Source of the DNA: a virus
Taxonomy: Duplodnaviria > Caudoviricetes
DNA: 63,682 nucleotides
Direction: 5' to 3' (one strand)
Virus record (IMG/VR): IMGVR_UViG_3300048541_000245
Location: 1-63,682 of that record
This document shows, piece after piece, positions 44,784-54,889 of this stretch. A program made the translations under genes and the position numbers. The notes under the pieces are model-generated. The model was not told the DNA's origin and made no database searches. It was given only the letters and a program-made list of their open reading frames with translations. Each line of letters opens with the position of its first letter. Within the stretch, counting starts at the first letter, position 1.

Positions 44784-45642
44784 CTTTTTTGTTGGTGACA
44801 AGGGGCTGATCATCGCGGGGAATAGGCGTGTACCACTTTGGATAATCTACTAGTTTCAAGCTTGGCTGTCGAGTGGGCCACTCGTTCTTCTCCTTACATT
44901 CTTTAAGGATCCTTAGTGCTTTTTGATTTTTGTATCGTGCTTCATTGATCATGTGCCTAGGGGCTTCAAAGAAGTCAATGGTGTACGGAGCACTTCGCTC
45001 GATTGCTACGAAAATAAACCGTACAGGCTTGCCATATGCAATCTCAGCAGCATGAGAATACCAAGCAGCCTGGAAATCGTAACCAAGATCGACTAGCTTC
45101 GATTGGAATTTTGATGGCGAGATATTATCAGTTGTTTTGAGGTCAAGGACCAATGTTTCGTTCTCTAGTGGGATAACACGGTCAAGTCTTGCCTTGCAGG
45201 CAATGTTGTCGTCGTTCCAGTAAATAGAAACTTCGTTGTATTTACGATAATCCTTCAGACTGGTGTCGAACCATTCCAAGCCTCGTAATGCGTCCACCAT
45301 TCCGACGACAGAGTCCCACTGACGGTCTCTACCTTCGTTAGTAAGAATCTTCTTTTTGCTATTGGCAGCTCTCCAGTCTTTCCCTTCTTTCGTCGTGAAC
45401 TTAATACCATCAGGACGTTGTGTGAACTGCGCCGCAAAAGTATCCTCTCCTTCCAAAAGCTTGCAATGCACAGCTGTGCCCATGATCATCGCAGGAGACG
45501 GAATCAATCCGTGCTTGCCGGCACTGACGTAATGAGCAGGGCTTCTAAGAATTGTCTTTAAATGTGACTGACTTTGTCCTCTTGCTTTTCTATATTCAGG
45601 GTCAGCCTGCAGATAGCAAATCTCTACGTCAGAGGATTGCAT
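44761..45642 (-). CDS. RecE/exonuclease VIII-like PD-(D/E)XK nuclease
   Basis: GTAVH..LLE, CKARLD, DLKTT, GYDFQAAWY, FIFVAIE. Confidence 0.87.
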   Translation of the reverse strand: MQSSDVEICYLQADPEYRKARGQSQSHLKTILRSPAHYVSAGKHGLIPSPAMIMGTAVHCKLLEGEDTFAAQFTQRPDGIKFTTKEGKDWRAANSKKKILTNEGRDRQWDSVVGMVDALRGLEWFDTSLKDYRKYNEVSIYWNDDNIACKARLDRVIPLENETLVLDLKTTDNISPSKFQSKLVDLGYDFQAAWYSHAAEIAYGKPVRFIFVAIERSAPYTIDFFEAPRHMINEARYKNQKALRILKECKEKNEWPTRQPSLKLVDYPKWYTPIPRDDQPLVTNKKDGFVPLF

Positions 45643-45673
45643 GAAAAAACATACTACCTCCAATCTAACTTAG

Positions 45674-46027
45674 CTATAAGTCATAGATACGAATCTTCCA
45701 GCAACTTTCTGCTGTTGGCCTCTTGAAATACGAGATTGATGCCTTCTGGATGATGGAAGCGCGGTCGTCGACCCACAAGATTTTGTTGGCCGTATCGAAC
45801 AATGCTCCCATGTAGTTGTCGATGTCGCCACGAGCAGTGCCATAACACTCAATCTCAACGGAAATAGGATGGTCAATTGGTTCTCTGTCCCAAGCATTTT
45901 TTAGTAGTTTGCTGCATTCTTTGCGCCAATCTTGATAAGGCTTAGGCATATAAGTGCCATTCCTAGTGACTCTAGGACGTGCCTTAGACATCAGCTTGAT
46001 TGGCAGAACGATCTCTGGGTAGTTCAT
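45674..46027 (-). CDS. rusA: RusA-like Holliday junction resolvase
   Basis: KARPRV, DIDNY..ALFD, WVDD. Confidence 0.85.
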   Translation of the reverse strand: MNYPEIVLPIKLMSKARPRVTRNGTYMPKPYQDWRKECSKLLKNAWDREPIDHPISVEIECYGTARGDIDNYMGALFDTANKILWVDDRASIIQKASISYFKRPTAESCWKIRIYDL

Positions 46028-46389
46028 ATGTCAGTGTTGCGATACTGCTGCCAGATGGGCTCTTCATCTAAAAATGCAAAGTCGAGTATTTCATCATATT
46101 CAACTTTGAGAGTGTTTTCTCTTTTCATCGCGACCTTAAGAAGCACCAAGTAGCCAATCAAATCATTGATGACATCTTCATCGGCAGCTAATAAGCCAGC
46201 ACCTCTTTTGATCCTGCTTAGCTTGTCATCAATCCTGACAAGCAATTGACTAATAGTTGAGTCTCCACTAAAAATCCTGACTGGATTCAGAGCACTATTG
46301 CCATACTTGGCATTTTTTTCAAGCAACAACTCTTTAATGTCGTCGCAAACAGCTGCTATTTCAAGCCGGCCGGATACATCTTGCATCAT
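46024..46389 (-). CDS. Nucleotide-modification-associated (DUF1599-like) protein
   Basis: KNAKYGNS...RIDDKLSRI...DLIGY. Confidence 0.7.
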   Translation of the reverse strand: MMQDVSGRLEIAAVCDDIKELLLEKNAKYGNSALNPVRIFSGDSTISQLLVRIDDKLSRIKRGAGLLAADEDVINDLIGYLVLLKVAMKRENTLKVEYDEILDFAFLDEEPIWQQYRNTDI

Positions 46390-46600
46390 AAAGATTGAAC
46401 GCTTCTTTGCTCTCTACTAATTGTAACTGGCAGCCGTTTTGTGAGCTAGTAATTACTCTGGCTTTTTGCCAATCAGTTTTCCTTAAAACGTAAACGATCT
46501 CATCATGATCGAATACAGGCATCGGCTGAGGTGACTTGTTCATCCAAGCAATAACCTCAAGCTCAGCTTTTTTGTTGTTTGGAATTTCAGTCGTGTGCAT
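46361..46600 (-). CDS. Hypothetical protein
   Basis: ORF in the operon. Confidence 0.5.
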   Translation of the reverse strand: MHTTEIPNNKKAELEVIAWMNKSPQPMPVFDHDEIVYVLRKTDWQKARVITSSQNGCQLQLVESKEAFNLYDARCIRPA

Positions 46601-47042
46601 GTGTTTTGTTAGACCGGATAATTTCATCTTGAGACATTTCCAGGATGACATGATGAGGCATCTGCGCTCCTGTGGCTGAGACCCAGTTGATTATCGTAGG
46701 GACGTTCCTGTGGTTTTCGCCTACAGATAAAACCCAAAGGTCTTGCTCATTATTATACCTCAAAACACCACCAGAGACCATTTCAGCTAAAACTTCTTCG
46801 ATTAAAATCTCTAGCCTGTTGCGATCTTGAACGTGATAATTCTCTAGGCCATCCCAAAGGCCAATCTTCGTATCAACATCTGCACAATGTGGTGCTATAC
46901 AAGTAAGCACTTCTCCGAAGGTGACAGCTCCCCTGTGCAAAAGAATTGCAATAATGTAGGGCTTGATGTTGGCGTGAGAGATGATTGGCGTTTCGTCAAT
47001 GAAAGGTCCAACAGCTCCGCTGACGTAATATCTTGGGTCCAT
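46587..47042 (-). CDS. Hypothetical protein
   Basis: ATG 47042 after a terminator-like hairpin. Confidence 0.6.
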   Translation of the reverse strand: MDPRYYVSGAVGPFIDETPIISHANIKPYIIAILLHRGAVTFGEVLTCIAPHCADVDTKIGLWDGLENYHVQDRNRLEILIEEVLAEMVSGGVLRYNNEQDLWVLSVGENHRNVPTIINWVSATGAQMPHHVILEMSQDEIIRSNKTHAHD

Positions 47043-47143
47043 GGTCGATCTATCACAATAAAAATTGGGACAAAAAAAGTGGAGGCTGCAATAACAGCCC
47101 CCAAACAGAGACAAGGAAGATTGTAACTAGAATCCATAAAGGA

Positions 47144-47491
47144 TTAGAACAGCGAGCTGCTTTCGGCTGCAGGCTTCCTATCGTCCATTGAAACGACTCG
47201 AGCGTTCTTAACGTCAAGGATCTTTTGACCGTTGTATTCACGCCAGACAGGTTGGCCATGAACCGTGACCTTGCTTCCGTGTGTCAAGTTCTCAGACAGC
47301 CAGTCAGTATTTTTACCTACGACCTGCACTTTATAGAACTGACCAGGGTTGTCGTCCCTGTTTTTGAAATAGCAGTAATCAGAATCCAAAACAGAGAATT
47401 CTGCAATTGAGATTTCTCCTGCTTGACGCAATGTCACTGCAGGGTCCGACTTTTTGCCGGTAATTTTGCCAGAGAGGCTGATAGAAGCCAT
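47144..47491 (-). CDS. ssb: Single-stranded DNA-binding protein
   Basis: OB-fold-like pattern (GSKVTVHG), C-terminal LF. Confidence 0.78.
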   Translation of the reverse strand: MASISLSGKITGKKSDPAVTLRQAGEISIAEFSVLDSDYCYFKNRDDNPGQFYKVQVVGKNTDWLSENLTHGSKVTVHGQPVWREYNGQKILDVKNARVVSMDDRKPAAESSSLF

Positions 47492-47494
47492 TGA

Positions 47495-48307
47495 TTAACC
47501 CAAAAGGGGATTTACTTCTACATTATACATCCCTTCTCTCCTAATTAGTTTTAGTGATCGCTTTAAATGGTCACGGACTTTACTGACCTTGTCACCAGTC
47601 TCTTCTGCGATTTGAGAGGCGGAATAGTTCTCCATATATCGCATGTACAGTATTTTTTTCTGGAAATCACTAAGAAAAGCTTTAGATATGATTTGATCGA
47701 AAGTCATTCGAGGCCTGCCGGCTTTGTAAACTTTTGAAGGAATATATTCGTGCCAATCATCGTCTTCATCTTTGCTGTGTGGAACGTCAAGACTATGGCA
47801 ATTCATAGCAAAGAAAGCATCCTCAAGGCGATCTCTTACTCTTGCGCTCAAGGCAGGAGCTTCGCCAATGTCTTTGCTTTTTTGGTGTTCGTAGTAATCT
47901 CTGATTGTGCTTTCTGGAACACGAATCGGAGAGATCATCAGATAAGCCTCACGATAAATTGCCTGCTTGATCCATGTGACTGCATAGGTGCTGAAGGTAT
48001 AACCTCTTTGCGGATCAAATTTTTCTGCTGCTCTGCGTAAGCCCATCGCACCCACCTGGAATAAGTCAACTAGGCAATGGTCGCCATGACGAAAGCTCTT
48101 CATCGACCCAGTCATGCGCTTAGCAATGCCAGGAATTAATTTAAGATTATGGCGAATCAATTTTTCAATTGCTCTTTCCCTAGCTACTTCTGATGATTTC
48201 GGATTTTGAATGATTTTAGCCAATCGTAAAACTTCAGCCTTAGGGAGTAAGGGAAACCTGCCGGCCTGGTCAAGCCAAAAGTCAATTATATTAGTTTCGC
48301 TCGACAC
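47495..48307 (-). CDS. RpoD/SigA-like sigma70 factor
   Basis: GRFPLL..E, LIRHNLKL, DLFQVG..GL.RAAEKFDPQRGYTFSTYAVTWIKQAI, IRVPE. Confidence 0.9.
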   Translation of the reverse strand: MSSETNIIDFWLDQAGRFPLLPKAEVLRLAKIIQNPKSSEVARERAIEKLIRHNLKLIPGIAKRMTGSMKSFRHGDHCLVDLFQVGAMGLRRAAEKFDPQRGYTFSTYAVTWIKQAIYREAYLMISPIRVPESTIRDYYEHQKSKDIGEAPALSARVRDRLEDAFFAMNCHSLDVPHSKDEDDDWHEYIPSKVYKAGRPRMTFDQIISKAFLSDFQKKILYMRYMENYSASQIAEETGDKVSKVRDHLKRSLKLIRREGMYNVEVNPLLG

Positions 48308-48340
48308 TGGTAAGTAACCAACTTAACAAATTTTAGTCAA

Positions 48341-48364
48341 TAAAAAAGGGGTGTCAACCCCTTT
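48341..48364 (-). terminator. Rho-independent terminator
   Basis: AAAGGGG...CCCCTTT stem plus T-run. Confidence 0.7.
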
Positions 48365-48448
48365 GTTTGTTAGTGGATTTACTTGATGATTATACCGCTA
48401 AAAAACAAAGCAATGCTTTGAGCGGATTCATTCAGTTCCCAGTCAGGG

Positions 48449-49123
48449 TCAATAACCACTGGCCTGAAAGGACTCGTTGAGTTTCAAGACAAAATCTTTG
48501 TCTTTTGACTTAAGAGTCTTGATGCCGACATCAAAGTTTTCATCGATTTTTGCAATCAAGTCTTTAATTGCAGGCTCGACTAGGCCCATCTTTTGGGCGA
48601 TAGCTACAAAGTCTTTCTTAGATGCCTTGGCAACCTCCACAGCGACCGAAGCAGACTTCGTCGTCGTAGTCGACTGGGACTTTACCTGTTGGATTTCCTG
48701 CTCATCGGCTACTTGATAACCATTCTCAAGAGGCATCTTAGCCCACAACTCATGGGCCAGTCCAGTCTGGAATGCAAGCACTAAGCAAGACCCACGGCGA
48801 TGGGTGTCGGTGATGTCACGGGAAGTGATTTCATCGTAAGGAATTGCCTTGTTGCGGTTATCCATAATCGCTTGTGGCACTTCAGGAGTCTTTGTTCCAT
48901 CAGTGTGACGAAGTCGCAGCAAAAGATACCCGCCGACAGGTGCTCGGTGAAGCATTCCACCTTCTGAATAAAAAACAGGCTCAACCATCCAACCGCTGGC
49001 ATTTTCGCGGAATAGCTGCATCGTGCGGCTCCAATTGATGTAACTCGCCTGGAAGCGGCCAGTACCAATTGTCTCAACTAAATCCTGCGTTGCTATGCCT
49101 TTGAGATTTGGAAGTTCAGCCAT
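48449..49123 (-). CDS. Sak3/DUF1071-like ssDNA annealing protein
   Basis: YINWS, IMDNRNKAI, DITDT.RR, GL..LW. Confidence 0.72.
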   Translation of the reverse strand: MAELPNLKGIATQDLVETIGTGRFQASYINWSRTMQLFRENASGWMVEPVFYSEGGMLHRAPVGGYLLLRLRHTDGTKTPEVPQAIMDNRNKAIPYDEITSRDITDTHRRGSCLVLAFQTGLAHELWAKMPLENGYQVADEQEIQQVKSQSTTTTKSASVAVEVAKASKKDFVAIAQKMGLVEPAIKDLIAKIDENFDVGIKTLKSKDKDFVLKLNESFQASGY

Positions 49124-49523
49124 TTTTTGGGGAATTATTTGTTGGTCTTTTCAATCTAACAGTGTTTCTGCCTCTTGCAATCCATTGGGAAATCTGACGG
49201 CTACTTGCCAATCCTTGCAGGATTCTGAAGATCTCTTTCTGGCTTAATCCAGCCTGCAAATTCATCCTCGCAACGATAACGCCAAGCTCATCCCATTTTT
49301 CTTGTTTTTTCTTCTGCACCTCTCTGCCCTTCGCAAGGCCCTGTAGGCGAGCTTTCTTTGCTTTTTCCCGTCGTAGTACCTGAGCACGCCTTTTGGCGGC
49401 TTCACGGGCCTTCTGGGCCTCTTTCAGCTGGTCTTGGTTTTTCTTGTAGTACTTCCGGTTGTATCTCCTCTTGGCTTCTTGCCAAGTTTCTCCTTTTTTG
49501 TTCCGGCGGCCGTCTTTTTTCAT
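49116..49523 (-). CDS. Basic putative DNA-binding protein (C-terminal HTH-like)
   Basis: K/R-rich; GLSQKEI...RQISQW; divergent from the initiator. Confidence 0.5.
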   Translation of the reverse strand: MKKDGRRNKKGETWQEAKRRYNRKYYKKNQDQLKEAQKAREAAKRRAQVLRREKAKKARLQGLAKGREVQKKKQEKWDELGVIVARMNLQAGLSQKEIFRILQGLASSRQISQWIARGRNTVRLKRPTNNSPKNG

Positions 49524-49591
49524 TTCCCTCGCGCGTTGTATTAATTCTATTTCTTTTATTCTTCTAAATCAATCTATATAGATGGGGGTTT

Positions 49592-49686
49592 CCTGAGGAC
49601 ACCCCCAAAGGTTACCTGAGGACACCTTTAGGGTTACCTGAGGACACCTTTAGGGTTACCTGAGGACACCCTGTCCTGAAGATACC
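49592..49686. repeat. Iteron-like tandem repeats (22 bp unit AGGGTTACCTGAGGACACCTTT)
   Basis: Cores at 49592, 49615, 49637, 49659, 49675; directly upstream of the initiator and helicase. Confidence 0.85.
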
Positions 49687-49747
49687 CCCCTTCTTGGATA
49701 CCCCCCTGTTGACAACCCCCCTAACGTTCAGGCATCGATAAAAATTC

Positions 49748-50695
49748 ATGAATCCACGGCATAAGCCACCAATTGGCCGACTGGCACAAATAGACATTGA
49801 CTTTCAACTTGAATGCGGCTGGCTGAAGGCTCCTATTGATGAAATATTGTTCAATTCACGCCTAAGCGGACAAGCAAGACTTTTGTGGTGCTGGCTGGCT
49901 TCTACTGAACGAAATTCCAGGCAGATATCTTGGCACTCGTGCGAACTCAAGATGAGCTGTGGCACTAAGAATCGTCGTGAATGCTTAGCCCAATTGGAAG
50001 AGGAAGGATTTATCTCAATCAGCGCCGACGGCAAAACCGTGACCATGCACGATCCTGTAGTTGCCTATGAGACTTCTCGTCGTTTCGTTGCCGACGAAAT
50101 TTGTCAAGAATGCAACAAGCTGAAGGGAGAACCTGTGGAAAAAATAGAACCAGTGCAAACTGTAGTCAAGAGTACAATCAAGCCAAAAGAAACTAGCAAC
50201 GAAAAAGCAATCATTATTGAAGCTTGGAATGCTTGCAAGCCTGAAACCTTTTCAAAAATTAGAGTGCTGTCCAATAAGCAAAAGGAATGCGCTATTAAGC
50301 ATCTGAAAAATCTTGGCCTTGAAAAGAAAGAGTTAGCTGAATTTATTTGCGCGGTTTGCAGAGGCTTGAAGGCAAGTAATTTCTGGACTAGAACTGTTGA
50401 CAAGCCATCGAGGAATTTTAATGCCGTTTTTGGATATGGAAGCCCAAACGATACTAAAATGAAAAATGTTGAAAATTTATATTTAGACGGCGAGTCTCTT
50501 GAAGATAAACTTATAGAAGAAAGACCTGTAGAGTATGATGAGAAGCAGCAGGCACTTATTGATAGCATTAAAGCATTGGATTATCAAATAAGAATGAATG
50601 ATCCAGACGACGATTGTACTAAAAGATTTATAAAATTAAAAATTGAAGATATTAAGTCGTTGGAAGAAAGTGGCATCAAATGGGAGGACATCTAA
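49748..50695 (+). CDS. Replication initiator-like protein (N-terminal wHTH)
   Basis: LSGQARLLW..L...CLAQLEEEGFI; IIEAWN; between iterons and helicase. Confidence 0.65.
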   Translation: MNPRHKPPIGRLAQIDIDFQLECGWLKAPIDEILFNSRLSGQARLLWCWLASTERNSRQISWHSCELKMSCGTKNRRECLAQLEEEGFISISADGKTVTMHDPVVAYETSRRFVADEICQECNKLKGEPVEKIEPVQTVVKSTIKPKETSNEKAIIIEAWNACKPETFSKIRVLSNKQKECAIKHLKNLGLEKKELAEFICAVCRGLKASNFWTRTVDKPSRNFNAVFGYGSPNDTKMKNVENLYLDGESLEDKLIEERPVEYDEKQQALIDSIKALDYQIRMNDPDDDCTKRFIKLKIEDIKSLEESGIKWEDI

Positions 50696-52431
50696 TGGAA
50701 CTACCATTTTATGTGCAGAAAGCCGTTGATCTTGGTTTATTAAAGATCGAAAATGGCAAAATCATCGAAGTCAACAAAGAAGCCATTGAGACTACTGTTG
50801 GTACCGCTCGATTGGTTGAAAAACTTCAGCCAACAACAATTGCCGACAGGGAAGACACGACAGACCAAGAAGCAATTATCCTTTGTCGGGTTTTGATTTC
50901 GCCAAGTGGCATATCAAGAGACCTTTGGTCGAAGTTTCGGATTGCTTTTGGCGTTGGCCATGGTCAAGAATTGCCTGCACACTTATGGAGTAATCCTTGC
51001 TTCCGTGCTATCGGTAAAGAGATTGATATGACGTTCATTGGTGAACGCACCGGTAGCACAATTTCAAAAAATAGCTTGATAACTGGCTATGAGCAGATGA
51101 ATCCTACTAATCGCGATGTTTTGTTCTCTGATTTTTGCACAACGATCTCAGAATTAACGTCTGAAGAGACAATGAATGCATATGGCGATCAATCAACAGA
51201 GTGGTCAACTGCTCTTGATATTTTGAAGCAAAAAAGAGCATTATCTCTCTATAAAGAAACTATATACCTCGCCGGCCAATCTCTTAAAACAGATCCTAAA
51301 TTAGAAAAAGCTCTTGAGTTCATCCATCAGAGAACAATGGATGGCATAAGTATGCTCAGTGGATCAATTGGCAATCAAGGCCAAGTCACTGACTTAACCC
51401 AATCAATTATTGGTGATCCAGGTTCAGGCCGCCTTAATTGGACTGATTACATCATCAAAGCACAATCACAAGACCGTCCGGTGTCTACTGGCGTTAATGC
51501 CTTTGACATTGATATTGATGGCGGAGTGTCGCCACCAAGGCCAAACATGCCAAGAGCAGGACGCTTACTTGTTATCGGTGCTCGCACTGGTGTTGGTAAA
51601 ACTGCCTTAGGTGTCCAGGTTGCAGCGTCCTTAGCCAAGGGTGGATTAACCATCGGCTTTGTTTCTGCAGAACTTGATTCGAGATCAATCGAAGCAAGAA
51701 TCATCGCAAACCTTAGTCGTCAATTCTTTGGTAACCGTTGGTGGAGGAATGCCGGCGACGACTATGGCTATGTGACTGTTGGTGAGCTAGAACTGCCTGG
51801 AGCAACACAGAACCAACAAAGAATCGCAGAGATTGTAGCCCAAACAAGCATGATCCTAGAAGAAAAACAGGGCAAGATTCTTGTCGAGTCTCCATGGGGT
51901 GCAGACGTAGAAACATGCATCAATACAATGCGATCAATGAAGGCGAAGCATCCAGAGCTACGCGCAGTAGTAATTGATCATTTCCATGCCCTTGCAAGGC
52001 ATAAAGGTGCTTCTACTAACAATCCGGCGGCAATGCTCGAAGATAGAGCCTACAGGTTGATGACAGCAGCAAAGGAGCTTGACATTGATCTATTTACCTT
52101 GGCACAACTCAACAGGATCGGTATGGATACAAACTCCAATCCAGAGCCACAGTTAAACGAAATCCGAGGAACTGATGCCTTAGCTCATGTCTCTCACGCA
52201 ACATGGCTGGTCCGTAAAGTCAAGTTAGACGGCGATAAACTTAATAAAGACTTAGAAGTATGGCATTCTAAAGTCAGAGGCCGTCAAGCCGTGTGGAAAG
52301 AAGGCAAAGAAGTCCTTGATAGTATTAAAGGTTTCATTGAGAAAAGCATCGTAAGGATGCAATATGAAACTTCTTTCGTTGAAGGCGACACTACCAAAGA
52401 TCTAATCAAAGAACGTCAGGGGCTAGGCTAA
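50695..52431 (+). CDS. dnaB: DnaB-like replicative helicase
   Basis: GARTGVGKT Walker A, FVSAEL, VIDHFH, LAQLNR. Confidence 0.88.
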   Translation: MELPFYVQKAVDLGLLKIENGKIIEVNKEAIETTVGTARLVEKLQPTTIADREDTTDQEAIILCRVLISPSGISRDLWSKFRIAFGVGHGQELPAHLWSNPCFRAIGKEIDMTFIGERTGSTISKNSLITGYEQMNPTNRDVLFSDFCTTISELTSEETMNAYGDQSTEWSTALDILKQKRALSLYKETIYLAGQSLKTDPKLEKALEFIHQRTMDGISMLSGSIGNQGQVTDLTQSIIGDPGSGRLNWTDYIIKAQSQDRPVSTGVNAFDIDIDGGVSPPRPNMPRAGRLLVIGARTGVGKTALGVQVAASLAKGGLTIGFVSAELDSRSIEARIIANLSRQFFGNRWWRNAGDDYGYVTVGELELPGATQNQQRIAEIVAQTSMILEEKQGKILVESPWGADVETCINTMRSMKAKHPELRAVVIDHFHALARHKGASTNNPAAMLEDRAYRLMTAAKELDIDLFTLAQLNRIGMDTNSNPEPQLNEIRGTDALAHVSHATWLVRKVKLDGDKLNKDLEVWHSKVRGRQAVWKEGKEVLDSIKGFIEKSIVRMQYETSFVEGDTTKDLIKERQGLG

Positions 52432-52811
52432 TGAAAGAAGTACTTTTTATCTTTTTTGCTACTTTAAACAATTGGCTCTTAACAAGAGTAAACAACCTCA
52501 CTGAAAACATCACTTTGATGACTGTTTACTCATCGCATGCAATTTATTCTTTAATTGATAAAAGTCGCGTAGAATATTTAAAATCAATCATTGAGCAACA
52601 AGATGTTATTGATGAATTAACTGTAGTTCACTCTATTAATATGGTTAGAAACGATGCTATTGATTTTGGCGGATGGAACGAAGAACACGAAGTAAAGTTA
52701 AACTCCTTTGGCAGTATTCTTCATAATCAATATGATTGGGAAGTTGAAGAAGTACATCGCTATATTTTAGAAGTTATTGCAGAAGGCGATGAGCTTATGG
52801 CACAAGATTAG
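52431..52811 (+). CDS. Hypothetical protein
   Basis: TAATG coupling. Confidence 0.6.
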   Translation: MKEVLFIFFATLNNWLLTRVNNLTENITLMTVYSSHAIYSLIDKSRVEYLKSIIEQQDVIDELTVVHSINMVRNDAIDFGGWNEEHEVKLNSFGSILHNQYDWEVEEVHRYILEVIAEGDELMAQD

Positions 52812-53017
52812 CTCGTTGTTGAATTAATATAATTTACAAGCCCTGCATGTCTAATATAGGCGGAATGCCCCCAGCCAATTGGCTTTACATAATATTGCAG
52901 CTCCCCATTCTTTGGACTTATGTGTTGCGTAGGATGCAATGCAGCACCAGTACTTCTAATGGTCGCACCATCCCAGTAATACCCAGGAAGAAAATCTAAA
53001 ATTACTTGCTGTGTCAT
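52808..53017 (-). CDS. Hypothetical protein
   Basis: Last ORF of the lysis operon. Confidence 0.5.
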   Translation of the reverse strand: MTQQVILDFLPGYYWDGATIRSTGAALHPTQHISPKNGELQYYVKPIGWGHSAYIRHAGLVNYINSTTS

Positions 53018-53018
53018 T

Positions 53019-53729
53019 TTACCTCAACGGATTCATTGATAAGTCCCACAACCAACCGTCACAATCGCTCGCAATCAGCCACCTTGACATCAAAAGATCT
53101 TTGTTGTACTGAACATTCTTCCCATCCGTCGGCCCTGTCTTCAGATATCCTCCATTAATCACATCCATTTCACCAAATGGATCATGCACAATAAAATTAT
53201 GTTCATTAACTCCAATTAAAGTGATCCAGTGGCCACCGCCAGAAGGCTTGTCATAAGTTCCTTTATGTAATACGCCAATCGGAACAGGATATCCACGAAT
53301 CAGTAGGTCCAGCAAATCAGATTGCTTGCCATTCATCCTAAATTGATTCTTAATACCAATGCTGTCTAAAGCAGACTTATGTGCCAGTTGCGATACTGTA
53401 TCGCCAAAATTTAAAACGATATTCAAATACTCATCATCGTCATAAATAAAACCAGGGCTCATGCAATCAACTGCCATCGCAATTGCTGAAGACTGGCAAG
53501 AACGTTCACCATGACCGGTTTTACTATCTCTTTGATAGAAATACTCAACATCAAGCGGCTGGTCTTTTGTATTGCCTCTAGGACGTGCCTGTGAGCGCCT
53601 GTAGAGCCTTGTAAACAATTCTCGTTGTGCTTGGGTTAATGTATCGTCTAAAGCCAACCAGGCGTCATTCTGATGGACCTCACCTCTATGGTATTTAGCT
53701 GCATCTATAAGATTGACTAATCTTGTCAT
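53019..53729 (-). CDS. C39-like peptidase (endolysin candidate)
   Basis: YFYQRD, CQSSAIAM, GGGHW, VHDPFG. Confidence 0.82.
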   Translation of the reverse strand: MTRLVNLIDAAKYHRGEVHQNDAWLALDDTLTQAQRELFTRLYRRSQARPRGNTKDQPLDVEYFYQRDSKTGHGERSCQSSAIAMAVDCMSPGFIYDDDEYLNIVLNFGDTVSQLAHKSALDSIGIKNQFRMNGKQSDLLDLLIRGYPVPIGVLHKGTYDKPSGGGHWITLIGVNEHNFIVHDPFGEMDVINGGYLKTGPTDGKNVQYNKDLLMSRWLIASDCDGWLWDLSMNPLR

Positions 53730-54159
53730 TGCCCGGTTTCAAGGACGGCACTGGGACAGAATACCTATTCATTAATTTAACTAACTTACTTGCATATGTT
53801 GGACTTGTCGCATACCCTTGCCCACTGAGCATTAAAGCAGCTTCCTCCCTTGATTTTGCATTATTTACACCTTTATATCCTTTATAATTCTTGTGCCATC
53901 TATTAATTAAATCTTGCACTGAAGCCTCGACAGAATCGTAATCCTTGAATTCATCTTCTACATCTACATATTGACCATTGACCCATTCTTTTGTCATTTT
54001 TGCCGTGCCTTTACCTTTCTGCCCAAAATAATTATGGACACCTGAAGTCTCTTGGCCCCATCCTGACTCTAAAGCCCACTGGGCACTTACTAAATTAGGA
54101 TACTTAGCTCCAGCCAATGCTGCAATTAAAACAATGCTCTGCCAGCAGGTAGTAATCAT
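53695..54159 (-). CDS. GH73 glucosaminidase (endolysin)
   Basis: AQWALESGWG, NYFGQKG, GYATSPTY. Confidence 0.9.
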   Translation of the reverse strand: MITTCWQSIVLIAALAGAKYPNLVSAQWALESGWGQETSGVHNYFGQKGKGTAKMTKEWVNGQYVDVEDEFKDYDSVEASVQDLINRWHKNYKGYKGVNNAKSREEAALMLSGQGYATSPTYASKLVKLMNRYSVPVPSLKPGNDKISQSYRCS

Positions 54160-54160
54160 C

Positions 54161-54319
54161 TCACCACTTACCTATAGGGCATCTCGCATGATACAAACCA
54201 GCCTTTGCTTCAATGATACATCCACACTTCTTACAGCGTCTATATTTGTTTTGGAAATACTCACAAGCCTTGCAAATATCTAAACGATCCCGCTTTGCTT
54301 TTTTGTCTAGAAATATCAT
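54161..54319 (-). CDS. Small Cys-rich protein
   Basis: RLDICKACE...CKKCGC...K...CPIGKW*. Confidence 0.7.
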   Translation of the reverse strand: MIFLDKKAKRDRLDICKACEYFQNKYRRCKKCGCIIEAKAGLYHARCPIGKW

Positions 54320-54357
54320 TGGAAGATCATTTACACTTATTATAACTAACGCTTGAG

Positions 54358-54633
54358 TTAGTCTTGCCCAGACTTGTCGTAACAGCCTGATTTATTAAAT
54401 GCCTCTAAAGAGCTGATGCGTTGCTCAATATTACTTAGACGGCCATAGATCTCATGGCGATCATCTTTCATGTCTTGCCGTAAGGCTTGGATTTCACGCC
54501 CAACATTTTCAAACCCAGCAGAAAGTTTTACGATTACATCGCGACTTTCACCACTTTTTCTGATCGCAGAACCAGCGGCAATACCACTAACCGTGATAAG
54601 CCCACCAGCAACAGCAGCAATAAGCTCGATCAC
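54358..54633 (-). CDS. Holin-like single-TM coiled-coil protein
   Basis: N-terminal TM plus coiled coil, upstream of the endolysins. Confidence 0.5.
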   Translation of the reverse strand: MIELIAAVAGGLITVSGIAAGSAIRKSGESRDVIVKLSAGFENVGREIQALRQDMKDDRHEIYGRLSNIEQRISSLEAFNKSGCYDKSGQD

Positions 54634-54671
54634 TTTAAAGTGTTAGGTTCAACCATTTAGGCTGCCTTTTT

Positions 54672-54836
54672 TTACTGTTCAGCCCCAAATAAACCACGTT
54701 CGATAAAGTCCACAGCGGTATCATCAACAGTATTATCTGTTGTAGATGCTAGCTTCCTTAAAAGATCAACAATTAATCGTTTAACCTTAGGAGATTGCAG
54801 GAAAGTAAACAGAACTGGACGAATTAAAGCAATCAT
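54672..54836 (-). CDS. Small cyanophage-type protein (TDNTVDD motif)
   Basis: MIALIRPVLFTFLQSPKVKRLIVDLL...TDNTVDD. Confidence 0.65.
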   Translation of the reverse strand: MIALIRPVLFTFLQSPKVKRLIVDLLRKLASTTDNTVDDTAVDFIERGLFGAEQ

Positions 54837-54889
54837 GGCTGCAAAGTTTTAATAAATTAAAGTATCAAACAATGTTTCCTAAAACAATT

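Noticed and set aside
49592-49686. Repeats as a mini CRISPR array
   Set aside because: Units are tandem with no unique spacers, and there are no cas genes
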